Shown in pieces: positions 47,380 to 54,983 of a stretch of 64,000 bases of DNA (within the stretch, counting starts at the first letter, position 1; each line of letters opens with the position of its first letter). The DNA is from Candidatus Aenigmatarchaeota archaeon. GTDB taxonomy: Archaea > Aenigmatarchaeota > Aenigmatarchaeia > GW2011-AR5 > JAHLMP01. The notes under the pieces are model-generated. The model searched no databases and had not been told where the DNA came from. It worked only from the letters and a program-made list of their open reading frames with translations. The DNA is taken from positions 68,206 to 132,205 of the forward strand of contig JAHLMP010000001.1 of assembly GCA_018920315.1 (NCBI GenBank). Direction: 5' to 3'. A program made the position numbers and the translations under genes.

Positions 47380-48459
47380 TTACACTGCCTTACCAATTAT
47401 GTATATCTTTCCGCTGTCGAATGTTCCTATGCATGGTATTGGATATTGAATCTTGAATTCTATCTCTAGCAATCCTCCATTTGTTAGTATGTGCTCTAGT
47501 ACATCGTCATCATCATCTGGATCTGGCATAGGCACTGGAAGACCTCCGTAGCATGTTGGTCCTTTATACTCGGTTGAAACATCGCACATACTATTGGTGT
47601 TAGTATCATTCCAATAGTCGGATGTTAAATTATTTCCTACATTGCATCCATCGTTCTGGTTGTATTTGCTCATGTTTGTCCATCCCTGCCAGCTCTGCCA
47701 TGAAGTGCCTGACCATGCCCTGTACCACATGTATTTTTCTATTTCAAGAACATTGCTTGTTGGACACTTCGCTGCTCCAGTTGTGTCAAACAAATCAGTA
47801 CCTGCTATGAAAGTAAATAGGTTAACTCCTCCTTCTGCTGTGTTCTTTACCTTAATCTTGTTCAAGGAGTGAGCAACTCTTGTTACTGGATCCATAGGAC
47901 CAAATCTTATTGGTTGGCCATCACTTGTTGTAACTTGCATTCTCAACTCTGGGTTAAAGAACCACTCTTCGCTGTGCGTTGCGCTTGTTGCTACATTCTG
48001 AGAGTTGAAGACCTTCAAAAGAACTTCCATCGGACCATGCCAACTGTCTTCAACTGTTATTATTATCTTGAATCTCTTGTCTGTAGTGCTATTAACACGT
48101 CCAAGCCCGTCACAAAATATATTACCTAATGATATTTCGCTCGCCAAAGCCTCCTCATGTCCTCCGACAAAGGCCTTTACAAAGCCTATGTCTAATGCTC
48201 CGTTAGGGTCTCTTACTATAACATCATATATTATTCTCTCTCCTGTAAATGCATAAAGACTAGTTCTCCAATCCAATGGGTTAACCCCCGGTGGATTTGC
48301 TTGTGTTCCTATTTCTATATCTCTGTGATAAATACATATCGTTGGTGGCAAGTCGCCTGGCTGTGCTGATACTCCAACATCGCCAACAACTACATCAGCA
48401 AAAGCAGGCACTACTAGTAACAAACTTGCTAGTATCGCGAATAAAGCAAACTTTTTCAT
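47380..48459 (-). CDS. 359-aa secreted protein, paralog of the 447-aa protein
   Basis: Signal peptide FAILASLLLVVPAFA, and alignment with 42863..44206 over its whole mature length. Confidence 0.7.
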   Translation of the reverse strand: MKKFALFAILASLLLVVPAFADVVVGDVGVSAQPGDLPPTICIYHRDIEIGTQANPPGVNPLDWRTSLYAFTGERIIYDVIVRDPNGALDIGFVKAFVGGHEEALASEISLGNIFCDGLGRVNSTTDKRFKIIITVEDSWHGPMEVLLKVFNSQNVATSATHSEEWFFNPELRMQVTTSDGQPIRFGPMDPVTRVAHSLNKIKVKNTAEGGVNLFTFIAGTDLFDTTGAAKCPTSNVLEIEKYMWYRAWSGTSWQSWQGWTNMSKYNQNDGCNVGNNLTSDYWNDTNTNSMCDVSTEYKGPTCYGGLPVPMPDPDDDDDVLEHILTNGGLLEIEFKIQYPIPCIGTFDSGKIYIIGKAV

Positions 48460-48643
48460 TTCTCCACCTTACTCCTTTGGGTATTTACTTCTACTTGGCG
48501 CTTAGGGCAAAGCTTACAGAAAGATTTAAAAATGTTACTTCCTAATAGTAAATAATGCCCTAAGCGCCGAGCAGAGCAAGGCTCTCCAACGGATGCCTTG
48601 TTATAGCGCCCCTCCTCGGCGCTCTCCTTGAGAAAGGAGTATG
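48460..48643 (-). promoter_or_regulatory. GC-rich structured leader element, copy C (184 nt, abuts ATG of 359-aa gene)
   Basis: Same length and register as copy A. It has a perfect 12-bp inverted repeat GGCGCTTAGGGC/GCCCTAAGCGCC around an AT-rich 48-nt loop. Confidence 0.6.
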
Positions 48644-49230
48644 ATTTTTGAGAAATTTCGCAAAGGTTTTGCTCTTTCATTAATTCAAAAGAGCTATTCC
48701 CTGATAATTTTATTAAAGAATCGCTAAAACTTTGCGCCCCTCTTCCAATATTTTGCAACCTAGTAGCGATAAACATCATAATGAATACCTAACTATTAAC
48801 ATTTAAAATATTTACTACCTATACGTGAGTAATACAAACGCATTACATGTTACAATTGTAATGCGGTAAATTTTTGAGTATATTTGAAAATATTTTTATT
48901 ACTTTTAGATAATTACTTATGCTCTAAGAATTATCAATGAGAATTATCGAAAAGATTTTTAAGAGATTTTCTATAATTCTTGAGATTGCTATTTAGCTTT
49001 TTGGTAGGAGAAATAAGAGGTGGATTGAAGGACAGAGAAGAAGTGGAAAAGAATTATTAGCAAGGAAAATATTAAAAGCTCTGAAAAATGCATATTGCGA
49101 GCGATTGCCAAAGATTGGTATTATGGGAAAAGAATTTACCTTTTATCAAGTTTAGTTATATTCTTTATTCTCCCTATCTTAAACGGTATCTTAAATAATT
49201 ATGCAATCATGTAATTTTGAATTTTTATAA

Positions 49231-50526
49231 TCATTTTGAGCGATCTATTAGTAACCATTTCCAGAGAGGCGAGCATTTTATTTTCTTGCCGTTAATTTTG
49301 AGATCGTCTTCATAATCCCATGTAATTATCAAAAGATTTTTACAGCGTAAAAGCTTGCTCGCTTTTAGTAAAGCTTTGAGCTCTCGTTTCTCTATCTCAT
49401 CTTTTGCGCTAGCGTAAGTTACTTGAATCAATTGCTTAACTCTCAAGCCCTCTTTCAAGACAAAATCAACTTCGTTTTGTTGATAATCTTTCCAGTAGAA
49501 AATTTCTAGAGCATTAGAGAAGTAGCTTTTCCTTCTTAAAAGTTCTACTGCAACTACATTCTCAATTATCTTGCCAATGTCTTCTGACAATTTAAAGCCT
49601 ATAGCATTTACTATTCCTGTATCATTACAATAAACCTTTTTTGGTGCAATAAATTGTTCTTTTAGTTTTGGAGAAAACCTATTAATTATCTTTATAAGAT
49701 AAGCTTCTTCCATCCCATCTATCCAATCTTTTATAGTGTGCAAATCTTTTATTTCAAATATATTTTTCAATTTGGAGAGTGTTATTTCACAAGAAGAGTT
49801 TGATATGAGATACTTTGCAACCTCTTTAAATATAGATTTTTTCTTTATTTTTAGCCTTCTTATAATATCTTTCTCAACTATGTCTGAGAATATTCTTACT
49901 ATAATTTCCCTTCCAAGTAAATAAGCTTCTGGAAGACCGCCTATCCTTAAATAATCGTTAAGACTCTTCTTTACTAATGCTATACTCTTAGTTGAATAAA
50001 GATATTCTTTGCCAATTGCTACATTGTTATAATTTAAAAATTCATAGAAACTAAATGGAAATAAAGTGAAGTCTATATATCTTCCTGTTAATCTACTTGC
50101 AAGTTCTCCTGAAAGCAATCTTGAATTGCTTCCAGTTAATATTATTTTTTTCGTTCTTCTCAGCCTATTAACAAAAAGCTCCCAGTTATCGATATTATGT
50201 GGCTCATCAAGAATTATATGATCCACTTCTCCATATAATTCGTAAAAGCTTTGCAATAACTTTTCAAAATCTCTTGCATGAAATTCAGCTAATCTTTCGT
50301 CATCAAAATTTATGTACCCATAATTTGTCCCTTCAAAAATTTGCAATGAAAAAATGGATTTGCCACATCTTCTAATCCCTAAAACTACTAGTATATTTGG
50401 CGCAGAAAGATATTTTCTAAGCTTGCTTTTATCAACCTCTCTTTCAATTATCTTTGTTTTTTCAAACTTCTCTTTTATCTCTTCCCTTTGAGCTATTACA
50501 ACCCTTTTAATTTCCTCGGTTTCCAT
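49231..50526 (-). CDS. AAA+ ATPase with DUF4143-type C-terminal domain (COG1373-like), paralog 1
   Basis: Walker A GIRRCGKS, Walker B IILDEPHNI, and the C-terminal NEVDFVLKEG...KQLIQVTYA (PD-(D/E)xK-like pattern). Confidence 0.8.
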   Translation of the reverse strand: METEEIKRVVIAQREEIKEKFEKTKIIEREVDKSKLRKYLSAPNILVVLGIRRCGKSIFSLQIFEGTNYGYINFDDERLAEFHARDFEKLLQSFYELYGEVDHIILDEPHNIDNWELFVNRLRRTKKIILTGSNSRLLSGELASRLTGRYIDFTLFPFSFYEFLNYNNVAIGKEYLYSTKSIALVKKSLNDYLRIGGLPEAYLLGREIIVRIFSDIVEKDIIRRLKIKKKSIFKEVAKYLISNSSCEITLSKLKNIFEIKDLHTIKDWIDGMEEAYLIKIINRFSPKLKEQFIAPKKVYCNDTGIVNAIGFKLSEDIGKIIENVVAVELLRRKSYFSNALEIFYWKDYQQNEVDFVLKEGLRVKQLIQVTYASAKDEIEKRELKALLKASKLLRCKNLLIITWDYEDDLKINGKKIKCSPLWKWLLIDRSK

Positions 50527-50527
50527 G

Positions 50528-50572
50528 ATATTATATTCACAAACATTTTTAAAAAGTTTGTGAATATAATAT
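50528..50572 (-). promoter_or_regulatory. palindromic promoter/operator of paralog 1
   Basis: Perfect 17-nt arms ATATTATATTCACAAAC / GTTTGTGAATATAATAT flank ATTTTTAAAAA. The centre is 24 nt upstream of the ATG at 50526. Confidence 0.55.
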
Positions 50573-50597
50573 AATGTATTCCTTATCTTTTCATCAT

Positions 50598-51923
50598 TTA
50601 TCTAGGTAAAAGTAGCCATTTCCAAAGAGGTAAGCATTTTATTTTCTTTCCTTTAACTTTAATCTCGTCTTCATAATCCCATGTAATTAAAAGCAAATCC
50701 TTGCATTTCAGCTCATTGCTCGCTTTTATCAAAGCTTTTATTTCTCTTTTTTCAATCTCATCTTTACTTGAAGCGTAAGTTACTTGAATGAGTTGTTTAA
50801 TTTTTAGTCCCTCTTTTAAAACAAAATCTACTTCGTTTTGTTGATAATCTTTGAAGTAAAAAATTTCTGAATTATTGTATAAGTAATTTTTTCTTCTCAG
50901 GAGCTCTATAGCAACACAATTCTCCATTATCCTACCTAAGTTTTCCATAAACCTAAATCCAAGTAAAGTAAAGAAAGATATATCCATTAAGTAAACTTTT
51001 TTTGGAGATTTTTCTTGCGTTTTAACACTGAAAGAAAATCTTTTTATAAATTCGACCATTCTAACAATTTGAAAGTACTTCACGAATCTTTCTGTAGTTT
51101 TCAAGGGGGTTTCTAAAGTTTTACTAATATTTCTAATGTTTACTAAAGAAGATGGATTTGAAATTAGAAATCTTCCAATTGCTCTTAAATATTCATCTGC
51201 CCTTATCTTATATCTTTTCTCAATATCCTTAATAATAATTGTTTCCCAATAGCTCTCTACTATTCTTTTTCTTTTCTCCTCGTTCTTTTCTAAAACAATT
51301 TCAGGAAACCCTCCAATTTTTAGATACTCGATTATTAATTTTTTAAATAAGGAAGATTTCAAAAGAATATCTCTTTCAGAAATCTCAATATTGTTAAAAA
51401 TAAGAAATTCCTTAAAGCTAAGAGGAAGTATTTCAAAATTTATACATCTACCGGCTAAAATAGACTCAAACTCTTCTGCCATTAATTTTGCGCTACTTCC
51501 AGAAATAATTATATTTGCCTCGTTTCTTTCATGCAAACTTCTAACAAACATTTCCCAAAATTTAACTTCCTGAATTTCATCAAGAATAATTAATGGCTTT
51601 CCTTTTGGTTGAATAAACTCTTTATAAGCTTCATAAACATTAATCAAAAAATCTTTATTCAAGTTTGTTGGAAATTTCATTTCCTCGAAGTTTACATATA
51701 GTACGTTAGATGAGTCCTTTAATTTAGAAATCTCTTTGGCTATTTGCCTTAAGATATAAGATTTTCCAGACCTTCTTATTCCAAAAATGCTGATTATTTT
51801 ATTAACTCCTTCTAAACTAGAAAGAATTTCTTGAGTATATAAATCTCTCTTTATTCCAGTTTCTATTCCTTCGCCCCAAAAATTCCAACTCGAAAGAATT
51901 TCTATTATCTTCATCTTTTCCAT
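50598..51923 (-). CDS. AAA+ ATPase/DUF4143-type, paralog 2
   Basis: Walker A GIRRSGKS, Walker B IILDEIQEV, and the conserved C-terminus NEVDFVLKEGLKIKQLIQVTYA. Confidence 0.8.
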   Translation of the reverse strand: MEKMKIIEILSSWNFWGEGIETGIKRDLYTQEILSSLEGVNKIISIFGIRRSGKSYILRQIAKEISKLKDSSNVLYVNFEEMKFPTNLNKDFLINVYEAYKEFIQPKGKPLIILDEIQEVKFWEMFVRSLHERNEANIIISGSSAKLMAEEFESILAGRCINFEILPLSFKEFLIFNNIEISERDILLKSSLFKKLIIEYLKIGGFPEIVLEKNEEKRKRIVESYWETIIIKDIEKRYKIRADEYLRAIGRFLISNPSSLVNIRNISKTLETPLKTTERFVKYFQIVRMVEFIKRFSFSVKTQEKSPKKVYLMDISFFTLLGFRFMENLGRIMENCVAIELLRRKNYLYNNSEIFYFKDYQQNEVDFVLKEGLKIKQLIQVTYASSKDEIEKREIKALIKASNELKCKDLLLITWDYEDEIKVKGKKIKCLPLWKWLLLPR

Positions 51924-51930
51924 AAGTTAT

Positions 51931-51966
51931 TATATGACACAAAAATATATAAATTTGTGTCATATA
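51931..51966 (-). promoter_or_regulatory. palindromic promoter/operator of paralog 2
   Basis: Perfect 13-nt arms TATATGACACAAA / TTTGTGTCATATA flank AATATATAAA. The centre is ~25 nt upstream of the ATG at 51923. Confidence 0.55.
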
Positions 51967-52095
51967 TTAACCTTATTTATAAATAAAATCTAAAACTATC
52001 AGACGTAATTTCTTAGAGATATTTTCAGAGATCTTAAAATCTTAGTGTCATATTAATCCCGTAGCCAAAAATATTTAGATCTGAAATATTAAGCT

Positions 52096-53367
52096 CTAAG
52101 TTAGTAACCATTTCCAGAGAGGCGAGCATTTTATTTTCTTGCCGTTAATTTTGAGATCGTCTTCATAATCCCATGTAATTACAAGCAAATCCTTGCATTT
52201 AAGCTCTTTGCTTGCTTTGAGCAAGGCTTTGAGCTCTCGTTTCTCTATCTCATCTTTTGCGCTAGCGTAAGTTACTTGAATCAATTGCTTAACTCTCAAG
52301 CCCTCTTTTAAAACAAAATCAACTTCGTTTTGTTGGTAATCCTTCCAGTAGAAAATCTCAAGCAGAGCATTAGTTGCCTGTCTTCTCTTCAATTCTAAGA
52401 AAACACTGTTTTCCATGCTCCTTCCAATATTCTCTGAAAATCTTGAATATTTTTTAATGAAAAATGTATCCACCAACATAACTTTTCTTGGAGCTTTTAA
52501 TCTATACTTTATTTTTGGTGAGAAAATCTCAACAAAATAAGCGAATAATGATGTTTCTAAGTAATAAATATAGTTAGCAAGAGTGCTTTTTCCAATCTTA
52601 TATCCTAAAGACTGAAATGTGTTATACAAGCTGCTTATTGTTATATAAGTTGAATTTAGAAGAATTCTTACCAATTCTCTTACAAGTTCTCTATTTCTAA
52701 TCCTATACCTTTCTAAAATATCTCTTATTAAAAAAGTTTTGAAATACTCTTCGATCAATAAATATTTCTTTCCTTTTTCAGAAAGTACTATCTCTGGCAA
52801 ACCACCAAAATTTATGTATTCATTTAGCAAATTCAGAATTAAAGGCTCGCTTAACTTCTCTAATTCTTCATTTCTGAATTTTAAAAATTCTTTGAATGAA
52901 AGTGGGTAAAGCTCTATAGTTAAACATCTTCCCCTTAGCTCTGTTGGTATCTCTTTGCTAGAAAGTTTGGATGAAGAACCAGAAATAAAAATTTGATAAT
53001 TTCTTGTATCTAAAATTCTTCTAACCCATTTGCTCCAATTTGGAATATTTTGAATTTCATCTAGCAAAAGAATTAACCTCTTTCTTCCATACTCTTCTTT
53101 GAGCACTTCACTCAAATATGTAAGAGTTTTTATATCTTGTGGTATTCTTTCGTCCTCAAAGTTTATGTATAGAGTTTCTTCTTTTTTCATCTTCTTTGCT
53201 ATCCAAAACAAAAGAAAGGTTTTGCCAGTTCTCCTAAATCCTATTATAGGTATTGTTTTTATTACATTCCAATCTATGAATGCTGTCGGATCTACACATC
53301 TTTCTATTATTGGAGGTAATTCCCTTTCTCTCCACTCCTTCACTAAACTTTTTAATGTTTGTTTCAT
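52096..53367 (-). CDS. AAA+ ATPase/DUF4143-type, paralog 3
   Basis: Walker A GFRRTGKT and Walker B LLLDEIQNI. The track start at 53388 is TTG and lies inside the promoter palindrome. The ATG at 53367 (MKQTLKSLVKEW...) aligns with the other paralogs. Confidence 0.78.
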   Translation of the reverse strand: MKQTLKSLVKEWRERELPPIIERCVDPTAFIDWNVIKTIPIIGFRRTGKTFLLFWIAKKMKKEETLYINFEDERIPQDIKTLTYLSEVLKEEYGRKRLILLLDEIQNIPNWSKWVRRILDTRNYQIFISGSSSKLSSKEIPTELRGRCLTIELYPLSFKEFLKFRNEELEKLSEPLILNLLNEYINFGGLPEIVLSEKGKKYLLIEEYFKTFLIRDILERYRIRNRELVRELVRILLNSTYITISSLYNTFQSLGYKIGKSTLANYIYYLETSLFAYFVEIFSPKIKYRLKAPRKVMLVDTFFIKKYSRFSENIGRSMENSVFLELKRRQATNALLEIFYWKDYQQNEVDFVLKEGLRVKQLIQVTYASAKDEIEKRELKALLKASKELKCKDLLVITWDYEDDLKINGKKIKCSPLWKWLLT

Positions 53368-53377
53368 AATGTATTTA

Positions 53378-53411
53378 TCATAGTACAAAAATAAATATTT
53401 TTGTACTATGA
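53378..53411 (-). promoter_or_regulatory. palindromic promoter/operator of paralog 3
   Basis: Perfect 16-nt arms TCATAGTACAAAAATA / TATTTTTGTACTATGA with a 2-nt spacer. The centre is ~27 nt upstream of the ATG at 53367. Confidence 0.55.
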
Positions 53412-53518
53412 GAAAAATTTTGATGAAAGATCATTTACCTCTTTCAAATTTATGGAATATAGGCTCAACTCTTTACCAACATAAACTTTATAAAAACTTT
53501 ACCATAATAACAAAACAC

Positions 53519-54811
53519 TTAATACTTCGTTACCTTGTCTTTCAAAAACCACTTCCACAATGGCAAGCATTTTATTTTCTTGTCTTTAATTTTGATTTCA
53601 TTTTCATAATCCCATGTAATTACAAGCAAATCCTTGCATTTAAGCTCTTTGCTTGCTTTGAGCAAAGCTTTGAGCTCTCGTTTCTCTATCTCATCTTTTG
53701 CGCTAGCGTAAGTTACTTGAATCAATTGCTTAACTCTCAAGCCCTCTTTTAAAACAAAATCAACTTCATAATCATTTGAGTTGAAGTAAAATATCTCGTT
53801 AATTTTTCCTTCGAATTTTTTCTTCAAGAGTTGAATGGCTACTAAGTTTTCAATTTTTTTCCCAATATCTCTTGAGAATCTCGGCTCAATCCCAAAATAA
53901 ACATTATCAACTAAATAAACCTTAGCAGGGTATTGTGCTCTTTCACTATACTTTAGAGAAAATCTCTTCACAGGAAAAACAAAAAGAGCTTCTTCTACGT
54001 ACCTTAAGTAATTTGCTAAAGTCTTTTTACTAATTTTAAAACCAAATGATTTGAGTGAATTCTCAATTTTTGATATTGAAACATAAGAGGAAGAATTTGT
54101 TATACAATATCTGACAAAATAATCCATAAGTGCTATATTTTTAATTTTGAATCTTTCTATCAAGTCCTTGAAGAATATTGTAGCAAAATAAGTTCTTGCA
54201 ATTTCAAGTTTTTTATTTTTATCATCAGCCAAAAGAATTTCTGGATACCCGCCAAATTCAACATAATCTTTCAAAAGCCTTAAAATTTCTCCAGTTTTTG
54301 CTTCAGAAAATTCTTTTTCAATTTTGAATTTTTTAATTTCGAGAAATTCTCTGAAGTTGAAAGGAAAAATTATAAAAGAAATACATCTTCCTCTCAGCTC
54401 TGTTGAAATTTCTTTGCTTAAAAGTTTTGAAGAAGAGCCAGAAATTATTATTTTATATTTTTGAAGATTGTGTAAAGCTCTTATAAAAGAAGACCAGTTC
54501 TCAAGCTCTTGAATTTCATCTAAGAAAAGAAAGATCTTGCCTTCAAATAAGGAATTCACTTCTTTCAAAAATTCGGAAATCCCAACTTTTTTTGTTCTTG
54601 GATCAGTAAAATCCACGTAAACAACATTTTCTTTGCTGAATTTCTTCTCAAAAAGCTCTTTTATGAGTTGAAACATGAAGTAAGTTTTTCCTGCTCTTCT
54701 TGGTCCTATTATTGAAGCTATATGATTATTCATCCAAAATTTTATCTCTCTTTTAACTATGTTTTGTGGTAGCTCTTTCTCTTTCCATTCTAACAAAACT
54801 TCTCTTAACAT
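53519..54811 (-). CDS. AAA+ ATPase/DUF4143-type, paralog 4
   Basis: Walker A GPRRAGKT and Walker B LFLDEIQEL. The track start at 54877 extends through the promoter palindrome. The ATG at 54811 (MLREVLLEWKEKELP) matches the paralog N-termini. Confidence 0.78.
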   Translation of the reverse strand: MLREVLLEWKEKELPQNIVKREIKFWMNNHIASIIGPRRAGKTYFMFQLIKELFEKKFSKENVVYVDFTDPRTKKVGISEFLKEVNSLFEGKIFLFLDEIQELENWSSFIRALHNLQKYKIIISGSSSKLLSKEISTELRGRCISFIIFPFNFREFLEIKKFKIEKEFSEAKTGEILRLLKDYVEFGGYPEILLADDKNKKLEIARTYFATIFFKDLIERFKIKNIALMDYFVRYCITNSSSYVSISKIENSLKSFGFKISKKTLANYLRYVEEALFVFPVKRFSLKYSERAQYPAKVYLVDNVYFGIEPRFSRDIGKKIENLVAIQLLKKKFEGKINEIFYFNSNDYEVDFVLKEGLRVKQLIQVTYASAKDEIEKRELKALLKASKELKCKDLLVITWDYENEIKIKDKKIKCLPLWKWFLKDKVTKY

Positions 54812-54821
54812 AAAAGAAATA

Positions 54822-54854
54822 TAGGAAACAAAAATATATATTTTTTGTTTCCTA
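54822..54854 (-). promoter_or_regulatory. palindromic promoter/operator of paralog 4
   Basis: 13-nt arms TAGGAAACAAAAA / TTTTTGTTTCCTA flank TATATAT. The centre is 27 nt upstream of the ATG at 54811. Confidence 0.55.
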
Positions 54855-54983
54855 CAGGGAAATATAACTATATACACAAATATTCGAATATTTATATATC
54901 AAAATGCAAATTGATATTAAAAACATTCTACTATCGAAGCTATTACTTAAAATACGTGAAATTATAAAAATTGTGCGCTATCT

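Noticed and set aside
35338-48753. TTGCAA hexamers in the upstream regions (about 35338, 39913, 42199, 48748) as a second shared operator
   Set aside because: A 6-nt palindrome with this composition is expected roughly every few kb by chance. The spacing relative to start codons is inconsistent, so I do not consider it supported on its own.
48456-48779. Track ORFs 48456..48779 (107 aa) and 41942..42244 (100 aa) as ordinary protein-coding genes
   Set aside because: I did not call them as CDS. Similarity between the two is confined to the repeated leader element, and the parts upstream of the core are unrelated. Copy B has only a 43-codon version. The A-vs-C substitutions are almost all non-synonymous, falling at codon positions 1-2. 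I kept the open frame as an open question in the findings rather than as a gene call.
48960-49160. Possible gene fragment (frame giving RRWIEGQRRSGKELLARKILKALKNAYCERLPKIGIMGKEFTFYQV) between the ATPase array and the surface island, perhaps a transposase or integrase relic
   Set aside because: It has no ATG start and only ~50 codons, and I can name no diagnostic motif. That is insufficient to call it a pseudogene or mobile-element remnant.
53408-53752. Plus-strand 114-aa ORF overlapping the 3' end of ATPase paralog 4
   Set aside because: It is antisense to the most conserved part of the ATPase family. It owes its length to the constrained sequence on the other strand, and equivalent antisense ORFs are not open in the other paralogs.
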